This document shows positions 1-10,925 of a DNA stretch of 64,000 nucleotides, one piece after another. How positions within the stretch are numbered: the stretch's first letter is position 1; every line of letters starts with the position of its first letter. The notes under the pieces were generated by a model, which ran no database searches, had not been told where the DNA came from, and saw nothing but the letters and a program-made list of their open reading frames with translations. Location: assembly GCF_006345805.1 (NCBI RefSeq), contig NC_042998.1, forward strand, positions 137,640,001 to 137,704,000, written 5' to 3'. Made by a program: the position numbers and the translations under genes. The DNA is from Octopus sinensis (taxonomy: Eukaryota).

Positions 1-329
1 CTACACAAACATCTAAAACAATTAGCAAAAGTATAGTTCATGCTACCAAGTTATACTTGCATGCAAGTGATGGCTATGGTGCCAAGATGCTAATGGCAAC
101 AATACTTTGGTACCAAAAAGCTCAGATCATAATGTAACACATTAAACCTGAAATCCTCAAAAACAATGAAGCATCACAGAACCAAAACATTTATAGAGGG
201 TATCTTCAAAGAGACCCAACACAAAACTCTTCCAGAGAAATGAGGGCTCAACAACAGACTTATTCCACAGTTCCAAACACACAGGTATTACATTACACAG
301 CTCAAGGTACTACCTCACTCTGTTTAATC

Positions 330-535
330 CTTGTTCATCTACCCAAGACATCACACATGATTCTGCCCTGGAATGGACATATTCATAAGTGATACACTGT
401 ACATCACTGACTATCTCTAAGACTAAAGCAACATGAAATAAAGTGCCTTGCTCAGGGAGACAATACACTGCCCAGTCCAAGAATCAAACTCATGACCATA
501 TGATCCAATACCCTAACCACTAGGCCACATAAATT
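330..535 (-). mobile_element. tRNA-headed SINE fragment (family D; related copy at ~9190-9305, plus strand)
   Basis: Reverse complement begins TGTGGCCTAGTGGTTAGGG...GTTTGATTC (A/B-box-like), then CTGAGCAAGGCACTTTATTTCATGTTGCT. A similar sequence lies at 9190-9305. Confidence 0.55.
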
Positions 536-599
536 TACATCTTAACACAAAGACATAACTATAATTATGTCTTTGTGCAAATTCTCTTTTTTGTTTTTT

Positions 600-885
600 T
601 TATGGTAACAGGTTAAGTCTGGTACTTATTCTATAAGTTGCTTTGGCCAAACCACTAAATTACAATGGCACAAACAAACCAATACTGCTTGGCAAGCAGC
701 AGGGCAGGATCTTGACAAACACACACATACATACACATATAATAGGTTTGCAGTTACCAAATTCATTCACAAGGCCTTGGCTCGCTGGGGGCTACAGTAG
801 AAGATACTTGCCCAAGGTACTGCACAATGGGACTGAAGCAGGAACCATATGGTTGCAAAGCAAGCTTCTTAACCACATCCAGCAT
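600..885 (-). mobile_element. Degenerate tRNA-headed SINE (family A)
   Basis: Matches the family-A copy at 39553-39970 in reverse (CTTGCCCAAGG, ACTCACAAGGC, AAACCGCTAAG-like motifs). Confidence 0.75.
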
Positions 886-1743
886 CTTTTTTGTTAATAT
901 GCAAAATAAGCAAAACATGTACAAGAGAAAATATGCATCCTACATAAATAGAAAGAGGAACAATAGTAATTTTTTTTTAATATTGTTCTTTATATTTCAA
1001 TATTACTCTTTGTACACACTTTTTCAATTTATATGTAAAATTTTTAATTCATGTTACATATACATTTATATAAACAAATACATTATAATTTCAAGTTAAT
1101 TACTTTTGTAGCCTTAAAATGACATTTATTCAGTAGTTATTACTCAAAGTTGTATAGAAAGAAATCTGAACCAAACTGAAGTTATGCCAAGTATTTATTT
1201 ATTCAGTTATTTACTATATGTTCTCAATGTGCTAAAATTATTTTCTTTGAGTTAAGAGGGTAAACAAACAATTCTATTGTTAGAACAGTTAACTGTTGTA
1301 CTATAAACTTTATTATTTTGTAACTAAACCAAGTTGACATCACATCATGACTATATTAATGTAAAAGTTATCAAAATATCCCCATATGTTACAAACATTA
1401 TCTAAATCATTTTGGTTTTTGTTATGTTTTACCAAGATCCATAGAAAAAAGGCAACATAATGCATTGCTAAAAGCAATGAAGTTAGTGATATAAGAAAAT
1501 AATTTTGGGTGGCAGGCTTTATCTATGGCTCAGCTTAAAACACCATCACCTGGCCATGGGGTGCATTTAACACAGTCTACTCTGTTGCAAGTAATCAAAA
1601 TTGCTTTCTTAGATCTTAGATTATGGAGATCTTGCTCCACCACACACATACTCCCAACCACCTTTCCCCACCAGTTTAGAGGCCCAGCTAAAATCTCATG
1701 GCCATTGTCCTTCCTCCAGTGAATAAAAAATCACAATTTTTAC

Positions 1744-2140
1744 ATGCATGGCTATGTAGTTAAGAAGCTGCTTTGCAACCACATGGTTTCAGGTTCAGTC
1801 CCACTATGCAGTACCTTGGGCAAGTGTCTTCTACTGTAACCCTAAGCTGACCAGTGCCTTGTGAGTGAATTTGGTAGATGGAAATTCTATGGAAGCACAT
1901 ATATGTATTCTATATGCGCATGTATATATGCATATATGTTTATTTATACATACATGTGTGTCTTTGTGTTTGCCCCACCACCATCACCAGTGTGGGTTTG
2001 TTTACGTCCTTACAACTTAGCAGTTTAGCAAAAAGGACAAATAGAATAAGTGCCAGACTTAAATATTGACAGTTTGTTTCTAAACTCTTCCAGGTAATAC
2101 CCAAGCATAGCTGTAATCCAATGAGTGGAAAGAGTAAAGA
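1744..2140 (+). mobile_element. Degenerate tRNA-headed SINE (family A)
   Basis: Head GGTTCAGTCCCACT...CCTTGGGCAAGTGTCTTCTACT, internal TA/CA microsatellite and AAAGAGTAAAGA tail, as in 39553-39970. Confidence 0.8.
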
Positions 2141-2786
2141 TAAAAAAAAATATACACTTTCAATTTTATACATTAAAATGACAAACATCAAGATAGATGT
2201 ACATATTTCATAGAAAATACATATTTGTAGAAACAGTTATGAAAACTCAAGAGATGACATATTCTGTTTAGGATCAAATTATTCTTCAGTTAAACTTACA
2301 CAATACTAACAAGAGAAAAGCTAGTAAAACAAATTAACTTTTACAACTGTCCTCAACAATTCCAGACAGTAAAACAAATGATAAATATTGGGGTTAATTC
2401 CTGAAAGCTAGACAACTGGACTGTAAAATCTAGTAATTAACTTCAATACACAAACATATTTGAATACATTTTGGTCTTTCTGTGAAATGATTATACACTA
2501 AGCTTTGGATGCGAGTCATCTACTTCAACAGTTACTAACTGGAAATCACAGAAACTTCAACTGAAAATGGAAATTAAAAAAAAATTTTTTAAATAATAAA
2601 AGACTCCAGCTCCCTTATCAAGATCAATGACAAAGGGATAGAGTAATTAGATTGGCTTAGAGGAAGACCATGACTGGCTGTTGTTGTGTGGCCCCAATTC
2701 AATCCTCACCAAACAGTCCTATGGTACAGAGTAGTTGAACACACAAGGAATGATCTAGAGAGCCATTTTACCCACTATCTATCTAT

Positions 2787-2789
2787 ATA

Positions 2790-2834
<45 letters not shown>
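2787..2834. repeat. (TA)n microsatellite
   Basis: Direct reading. Confidence 0.95.
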
Positions 2835-2840
<6 letters not shown>

Positions 2841-3165
2841 AAGGATGCCTGTGTGTGTATGTAAAATGCATGCATTTCCACAGTTTTCAACCAATTTTCA
2901 AACTTGAGATGATAAAGTATTAAAAGGACGTACTAAAAAATACCACGAAAATAAACAAAAATTTTAAAATTCCATCTACGGGCCGTTTCAGAGACGTGCC
3001 AATATGATATATTTCATATTTTTAAAACTGACACTCCCTTCATCAGGATGTTTTCACACAATATATGAAACACAAAAATACAATTATACAATGACATATC
3101 AGCTCATCTGAAAGAATTTGAGACATTGCGCTTACCAACCTTTATAGATATTTATAATCAAAAGA
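2835..3165 (+). mobile_element. Possible Helitron-like non-autonomous 5' fragment
   Basis: After (TA)n: ATAAAA...GTGTGTGTATGT...ATGCATTTCCACAGTTTTCAACCAATTTT...AAACTTG, resembling 5' ends of non-autonomous Helitrons. No 3' hairpin/CTAG found. Confidence 0.3.
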
Positions 3166-3168
3166 CTA

Positions 3169-4434
3169 TGAGGGACATTCAATAAGTAATGCTTCTGACC
3201 CACTTGCAGTTATTCGATCTAGCTGAAATTTTGCATGTACAATTATTTATATCTTTATAGATTAAGTGGCCAATTACAGCTCTGGACTAATTGTGGTTTC
3301 TGATTTACAAGTGTTTGAACTGAGTCAAGTGTGAAATGGAGCCTGTTGAGTGTCGAGCAGTGATCCGGTTTTTGTATTTGAAAGAACGCACACCATGGGA
3401 GACTTTTGATGAAATGAAAGTAACTTATGGTGATGATGCCCCATCATATGACCTTGTAAAACGCTGGCATCGTGAATTCAAACATGGTCGGAACTCTGTG
3501 GAAACAGCTCCCAGATCTGGTCGCCCCCTTCTGCCATTGATGAGGCATCTGTCCGTCATGTTGAGGCTGCCATTTTGGAAGATCGACGCATAATTATTCG
3601 CCAAATAGCCCATGAGGTCAAGATTAGTACTGGGTCTGTGGAAACTATCGTTCATGACCATTTGCATATGCAAAAGGTGTCTACCAGATGGATTCCCAGG
3701 TTGCTCACGTCTTTCCAGAAGCAAGAACGTGTCGATTGCTCGAGGATGAATTTGGAGATGTGCCAAGAAGATGAGTCAAAATTTTTCAAAAGACTGATTA
3801 CACAGGATGAAACCTGGGTCCATCACTATGATCCAGAGACCAAAGCCCAGTCAATGCAGTGGACACACCGTGACTCACCTCCTTCAAAGAAGGCAAGGGT
3901 GCAGCCTTCTGCTGGCAAGGTCATGCTCACAGTCTTCTGAGACCAGGACGGAGTAGTGATGACAGATTTCCTGGCAAAGGGTGCCACAATTACAGGAGCC
4001 TATTATGCTTCACTTTTGAGGAAATTAAGAGAAGCTATCAAAATCAAGAGGCGGGGCAAGATCAGCAAAGGCATCCTCCTCTTGCAGGACAACGATCCGG
4101 TTCACAACTCGCGTGTCGCCAGATCAGAAGCACAGGCGTGCAGCTATGAGGGAGCATGCACCCTCTGATTTTCACCTCTTCCCAGCCATGAAGTTGTTTT
4201 TGAAAGGAAAGCGTTTCCCAGATGATGCAGCCTTGATTTCTGAAGTCACGTCTTGGTTGGAGGACCAAGCTGGGGTCTTCTACAAAAACGGTCTTCAGAG
4301 CTGCATCAAACGATGTGAGAAATGCGTAACTCTGGGTGGTTCCTATGTAGAAAAAGACTAATAACTGTGCCAAGTTTCGTTGCTCTACTGCAATGGGAAG
4401 TGGGTCAGGGGCATTACTTATTGAACGCCTCTCA
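3169..4434 (+). mobile_element. Near full-length mariner (DD34D, irritans-like) with disrupted transposase
   Basis: ~39 bp TIRs (TGAGGGACATTCAATAAGTAATGCTTCTGACCCACTT vs rc TGAGAGGCGTTCAATAAGTAATGCCCCTGACCCACTT) and TA TSDs at 3167-3168 and 4435-4436. ORF pieces MEPVECRAVIRFLY..., WIPRLLT, ITQDETWVHHYDPE, LLQDN, APSDFHLFP. Frameshift near 3530, stop at 3938-3940, deletion near 4150. Confidence 0.95.
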
Positions 4435-4476
4435 TATGGTAAAAGCATGTGTTAAGTTCAACCCAGACTAACCCAT

Positions 4477-5046
4477 TCATCATCATCATCATAATTGTTT
4501 AACGTCCGCTTTCCATGCTAGCATGGGTTGGACAGTTCAACTGGGGTCTGGGAAGCCCGAAGGCTGCACCAGGCCAGTCAGATCTGGCAGTGTTTCTACA
4601 GCTGGATGCCCTTCCTAACGCCAACCACTCCATGAGTGTAGTGGGTGCTTTTTACGTACCACCGACACATGTGCCAGATGAGGCTGGCAAACGGCCATGC
4701 TTGGATGGTACTTTTTACGTGCCACCAGCACGGAGGCCAGTCGATGCGGCGCTGGCTATGGCCATGTTCGGATGGTTCTCTTACAAGCCACCGGCACTGG
4801 TATCACAGCTACAAATTCCATTGATGTTGATCGATTTTGATTTTCACTTGCCTCAACAGGTCTTCACAAGTAGAGTTATGTGTCTCAAGAAGGAAGGTAT
4901 GCACAGGTGGACTGACTACGTCCCAGGTAGAGGCCACGGGTTATGGCCTCACTTGTCCTGCCGAGTCTTCTCATGCACAGCATACTTCCAAATGTCTCGG
5001 TCTCTGGTCATTTCCTCGGTGGAAATGACCAGAGACCGAGACCTTT
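4477..5046 (-). mobile_element. RTE LINE 3' UTR copy, 5'-truncated, with terminal foldback
   Basis: (CAT)n tail, TTTAACGTCC...CATGCTAGCATGGG, GGATGCCCTTCCTAACGCCAAC. Homologous to 6251-6930 and to the reverse of 23190-23730. Confidence 0.9.
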
Positions 5047-5477
5047 TATTCCCATGTTTTTATGAAATTAGCTAAGTTCAAATCATATCTATTACATTAA
5101 TGTAACCTTATACTATACTTATTGTGATTTTTTAATTATTTAATTATTATTTTATATTTTAATTATTATTTTTAAATTTCTTCTAGAACGTAGAGTCGAT
5201 CCTATGTGTACAAGCTGGTATTGCATCAGTAAATTTATTCAACATAGCATGATTATAGCTTTTCAATATAATATATGCTTCCCTGATGCACAAATCACAT
5301 CTACTGGATCCAATTCCATATGGGGGGGGGGCAAAGATAAACCACAATACCTGAATAAATTATTCTTTTCTTTAAGGTCATTAACATATGATGCCAATGC
5401 GTAAATGTCCTTTATTTAGAATCGTTAAAAGAACTCAGGTGGCTTTGGCACCTCTGCTTGAAGTTTATCAAACTATC

Positions 5478-5479
<2 letters not shown>

Positions 5480-5525
<46 letters not shown>
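5480..5525. repeat. (TA)n microsatellite
   Basis: Direct reading. Confidence 0.9.
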
Positions 5526-5707
5526 GTGTTTCAAAGCCACATTTATAAATAACATTATCCTGGCATGTGTTCCTCAAGGTTTCTGCTTGTATTGCCTCCC
5601 ATGAAATTATTAAGTGGAATATACCTCATTTGGAGCACCATTTCTCCAGTCTGTATTTTATTTGTGAGTATTGTTAACACTGGCAAACTCAAAATAAAGC
5701 AGTGTAT

Positions 5708-5726
5708 TTTATATACATACATACAT

Positions 5727-5780
<54 letters not shown>

Positions 5781-5792
5781 ATACATATATAT

Positions 5793-5824
<32 letters not shown>

Positions 5825-5825
5825 T
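5708..5825. repeat. Compound TA/CA microsatellite
   Basis: Direct reading; explains the YIYIYI ORFs. Confidence 0.95.
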
Positions 5826-5990
5826 ATCATCATTTAATGCCCGTTTTCCATGCTAGCACGGCTTGGACGATTGGACAGGGGTGTGGGAAGCCAGGAGGCT
5901 GCACCAGGCTCCAGTCTGATCTGGCAGTGTTTCTAAAGCTGGATGCCCTTCCTAATGCCAACCACTCTGTGAGTGTAGTGGGTGCTTTTT
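5826..5990 (-). mobile_element. Short RTE 3' tail copy
   Basis: TCATCATTTAATGCCCGTTTTCCATGCTAGC...GGATGCCCTTCCTAATGCCAACCACTC, the same family as 4477 and 6251. Confidence 0.85.
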
Positions 5991-6014
5991 AAGTGCTTGT
6001 GCCTCTCCAAGAGA

Positions 6015-6029
6015 CAGAGAGAGAGAGGG

Positions 6030-6077
<48 letters not shown>

Positions 6078-6112
6078 GTACAAACACGTGTATACATATA
6101 TATACAAACACG

Positions 6113-6167
<55 letters not shown>

Positions 6168-6250
6168 ACACACATAAATATACAAACATATATACACATA
6201 AGTATATATATATATATATATATATACATATCTATAAATATACATATAGA
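6015..6250. repeat. Compound GA/TA/CA microsatellite
   Basis: Direct reading. Confidence 0.95.
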
Positions 6251-7199
6251 TCATCATCATCATTTAACGTCCATTTTCCATGCTAGCATGGGTTGGACAG
6301 TTTTGACTGAGGGCTGGCAACCAGATGGCTGCACCAGGCTCCAGTCTTGATCTGGCAGAGTTTCTACAGCTGGATGCCCTTCCTAACGCCAACCACTCTG
6401 AGCGTGTAGTGGGTGCTTTGTACGTGCCACCTGCACGGGGGCCAATCAGGCGGTACTGGCAATAACCTCGCTCAAATCTTTTTACACGTGCCATCGACAC
6501 AGGTACCAGTGAAGCAACGTTGGTAACGATAACGCTCGAATGGTGCCCTTTTATGTGCCACGGGTACATAAGCCAGTTGGCTACTCTGGCAACGATCACA
6601 CTCGGATGGTGTTCTTGGTACCCTACTAGCACAGGCATAAGTGCCAGTAAGGTGACGTTAGTAAGGATCATACTCAAATAGCCGCTCTTTGCACCCCGCT
6701 AGCATGGATGCCAGTCATTGAAGTGATTTTGATTTGATTTCAGGTCTTCGCAAGCAAAGTTTAGTGACCAAAGAAGGAAAAGCTACACATAAGTGAGCTG
6801 GTTATGCTCCTGGCATAGGCCACGGGTTATGGTTTCATCTGGCTTGCCGGGTCTTCTCGAGCACAGCATATTTCCAAAGGTCTCGGTCACTAGTCATTTC
6901 CTTGGTGAGGCCTAATGTATGAAGGTCATGCTTCACCACTTCATTCCCTCAACGGCTAGGGTGTGGCACTTTTTCACACAGCTATCCTCATCCATTCTCA
7001 CCACATGACCATACCAGCGCAGTCGTCTCTCTTGCACACCACATCTAATGCTTCTTAGGTCCAACTTTTCTCTCAAGGTACTTACACTCTGTTGAGTACG
7101 CACACTGACATTACACATCCATCACATCATACTGGCTTCATTCCTTGTGAGTTTACGCATATCCTCAGCAGTCACAGCCCATGTTTCACTGCCGTATAC

Positions 7200-7200
<1 letters not shown>
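6251..7200 (-). mobile_element. RTE LINE 3' portion (end of RT ORF plus 3' UTR)
   Basis: Minus-strand peptides [16 protein letters not shown] and LRSIRCGVQERRLRWYGHVVRMDEDSCVKKC are RTE C-terminal motifs; the 3' UTR ends in (ATG)n. Confidence 0.92.
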
Positions 7201-7244
<44 letters not shown>

Positions 7245-7511
7245 TATATAGATATACATATATATATACATATATACATACATATAGATATACATACATA
7301 TATACATACATATATATATACATATATATAGATATACATATATATATACATATATATATACATATAGATATACATACATATATACACATACATATATACA
7401 TATATACACATATAGATATACATACATATATACATATATAGATATACATACATATATACATATATACACATATAGATATACATACATATATACATATATA
7501 CACATATAGAT

Positions 7512-7567
<56 letters not shown>
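7200..7567. repeat. Compound TA/CA microsatellite with ~30-36 bp higher-order unit
   Basis: Recurrent TAGATATACATACATATATACACATATATACACA-type unit. Confidence 0.9.
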
Positions 7568-7745
7568 GTGTGGTATGTTCGTGTATAAGTTTGTGACATC
7601 GAAGCTTGCAAGTTTGGTGTTTTCCGGAACTGTATTTGGAATGTGTGTGAGGAAGTCTATGTCATCCCTTATGTAGCTTGGTATCAGTGGGCATAAAGGT
7701 TTGAGGAGTATATCTATGAAGTGGCTTAGTTGTTCTGTTGGTGCC
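7568..7745 (-). mobile_element. Penelope-like element reverse transcriptase fragment
   Basis: Open 59-codon frame [59 protein letters not shown], containing the PLE-type [12 protein letters not shown] motif. Confidence 0.88.
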
Positions 7746-7875
7746 TATATACATATATATACATATATAGATATATAAACATATATACACACATATATAT
7801 ATACATATATACATATACATACATATATATATACATACATATATATACACACACATATATATACATATACATACA
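7746..7875. repeat. Compound TA/CA microsatellite
   Basis: Direct reading. Confidence 0.95.
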
Positions 7876-8030
7876 GCTGTTTTCCTGGTTTCCTTGGCGT
7901 ATAGGTTCCCCACCCGGACAGGATGCCAGTCCGTCGCAGGTGAGCTGCAAGATGCAGGAGGAAAGAGTGAGAAAAAGTTGTGGCAAAAGAGTCAGCAGAA
8001 GTTCGCTATTACTTTCTGCCGGAGCTGTAT
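7876..8030 (-). mobile_element. SINE fragment with conserved-core-like segment
   Basis: CCCCACCGGACAGGATGCCAGTCCGTCGCAGG resembles the conserved central domain of widespread invertebrate SINEs; CpG-retaining. Confidence 0.45.
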
Positions 8031-10714
8031 AAAAAATATTTTATTCCTGTTATTCCCATAATACTTAGCGCGTGACGGAGGGAGCAGCCATTTACACAGG
8101 AATGAGGAGTAAACATTAAGTCGATAAGTATTCTTCCTTTGTTAATTTCTTTTCACAAGATTTTTTACTAGTTTTATTCAATAAATTTATAACTTACACA
8201 TGAAAAGAAGTACCATTTGTTGCCAACAGAGATAAGAAACCATTAAATGTTTTCCAGCATGTTTCTACTGCAGCCACAATATTTCCACAAGATTTGATTC
8301 AACACTAATGGTATTATCTACATATTTGAAGATAAATACTACCCCCAGTGAAAAATCCATGGTCTTTATTTCATAGCTGCTCTTGCTTCTAAATATTTCA
8401 ATGCATTTGGTACTACAAAACTACCCATGGTAGCTTTTGTTTCCTTTATACAAAATTGATATCCTAGCTACAGCCTTCCTGCATAAGTTAGTCTCTAGAT
8501 GCTGCTAGTTTTCTGTGTTTTCAGCTGCTAAGAGGAGTGTTAGTCACTGCAAGTGTCGATATTTATGACTTTTTGACTTTACTTTTCCTCATGCTGAACA
8601 TTCCCACCAGTTCTTTTCAGTTCTGCAATGGAAACCAGGTCATCAGCAATTTACCACATCTTAGTTCACGTTTACAGAACACCAGAGTTCTGTGGATTAT
8701 TTTCTAACACTCGTGCTATAATTTGAACATTTAAGACACGTATTTATGGCAGACACTTCTGCTTATGCACGCGAATATATATTTAACAAAGGGTCTAATT
8801 TCAGCTCTTACCAAAGACTAATTAGCAATGAATGATCTTAATAGTATTAATGACAGACAAAAGGTTGTTCTCTACAATAATAATGCATACAGTCTTATGA
8901 ACTGAGAGGAAAGATGAAGAGAGACTTTTCAGCCAGAATAACTGGAAGCCTTTGTTGTTAATACATGAGTGAAAGAAGTAAGGTGGAGGGAATAATGAAT
9001 TCTACATAAACACAAAATATCACCTTTCAGAAAGAAGCTGGTATGTAGAGCATAGCTTGGACAGCAATGATGGTTTAATGATAGAGGGCGAGAGATGTGT
9101 TATCTAATAATGTGCAGTTTGCTTGTTACTAAATGTGAATAGAGCAACAGCTGGGCTAAAACTCCATGGGTAATAGGGAAGAGGATGAAAGCATGTGGCC
9201 TAGTATTTAGGGTGTTGCATTAAAAAAAAAATGGGACTGCAGTTGATTCCTGGACTGGACACTGCAAAACACATCATTTCATATTGCTCCAGTCTACTCA
9301 GCTGTAAAGGAGTTCAAGCAATAGCTGGGAAGTTAACTATGATAGACTGGCATCATGTTCAGTGGGTGATTCTTATAATCTCCGTTACATCTACACTGTG
9401 GAAACTGAGTTAAGCCTCAACCTTATGAGTTCTAAGACTCAACAGACCCTAATTAGCAAAAAGGAGGATGAATCATCAACAAAAGTGCTTCTTGTTCACT
9501 TCTGCAGACTTAATCATAGTTGTAAATCAAGTTAAATGTTTAATGAGTGCGAATGAACACAATATTCACCATTTGCCACCAACTTCATTGATGTTCTGTA
9601 AACAAATAGAAATTAATAACCTCAGGTTGATCTCGAGCCTCAAAAAAATCCTCAAATTGCTAGAGAGAGACACAAGTAAGAAGGTAGAGAGGGCCACTAA
9701 TAAGAAGCTAGAAATGAGTTCAAGATTATATGCCTGTTGATAAGGTAGTATTCTCAGTTGTTATTCATTATCAAGCTGCAAGTCTTCACAATAAGACCCT
9801 CTCCACTAGTATCCACAAAAGAATCTACATAAAAGAAGTATTACATGAAGATACTGTATTAGTCTGGTCTAAGTTCCTACAAAAAAGTAAACTCTGCTAG
9901 AGGTATCAAGAGCCAGAAGGTGATGGTCTTGTTGGCCCCATTGAGGAAACCTACACTGAAAGGTATTCCAGCCCTGAACATCCTATATTTGTAGGGATAT
10001 TTAAAACTATTTAATGTGTCCTTCCCTCCCCACCAACACCACAGTGAGGTGTGATTTCAAAGAGATTTGGCAGCTATTTCTAGTAGGTCAAATGACTGCA
10101 TAGCGGCAAAGAAACTCTCACTAGCTTGAAGTGGTGGTTTTAAAATGAGCAGTATATTAGATATCCTCTCACAAAAATCCAAGAGTTGTGATATCATCAG
10201 GTCAGTTGTGAATAATTCTGGTTTTTGAGAGAGATCTGACTGCTCTTTTTTAGAAGGCCAGGCAACCACATATAGGAACTTTTGTGTCCTTATGATTGAT
10301 TATGTACAAGCCATCAATATTTTGACTGCTAGTCCAATACCCTCAGCTAATGCAACTCTCATGTTATAAAAATACAACGTACTGAAGATAAATGGACACG
10401 AAATAATAACCTTTACAGAAACTAACCAACTTCACTTTTTCATATTAAAGAAGAAAATAAATAACTGCTCCTCCCCAAATCATTGGAAATCAAAGCTGAG
10501 CTTATTTTTTAATTAAGATATTAACCTAATCTTCATTCCTTACATTTAAAATTACTTATTTCACATTGACGTATAAATATTTCTGCTCACTTTTCCTTAA
10601 AATTAAAAAACAATTCCAACTTCTTAAGCAAATTTTCACATAGAAAATTCAAATAAACTCACACTGTGTGTGTTCCATACATGTATAGTTACACACAATC
10701 ACATAAGTTAGAAA

Positions 10715-10925
10715 TGCTAATTTGAGCCAATAATTCTTTTTGGGAGTGGGGACAAGTTGACTACAATGGTTCAATACTTGACTGGTACATTGTCTTTCAT
10801 CTTTTCAGGATTAATAAAGTTGATCTTGATGAGATTTGAACTCGGAATGTAAAGACTTGGAAGAAATTCCACTAAGTGCATTTTGTCCAGTGTGCTACCA
10901 ATTCTGTCAGCTCACTTTGTGGCAA
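10715..10925 (+). mobile_element. SINE (family C) fragment, head on minus strand
   Basis: AAAGTTGATCTTGATGAGATTTGAACTCGGAATGTAAAGAC matches the reverse of the 30290-30495 head. Confidence 0.55.

Noticed and set aside
100-400. Long A/C-rich open frame (KPEILKNNE...)
   Set aside because: No recognisable domain or splice context; the composition bias explains the lack of stops.
5555-8032. Many 80-147 aa ORFs rich in YI/YV/CV/HT
   Set aside because: Translations of TA/CA/TG microsatellites on both strands; no coding signal.
8190-8780. Possible Crypton or Tc2 transposase relic
   Set aside because: No continuous motif set; the TIR-like words are in the same orientation and cannot be paired.
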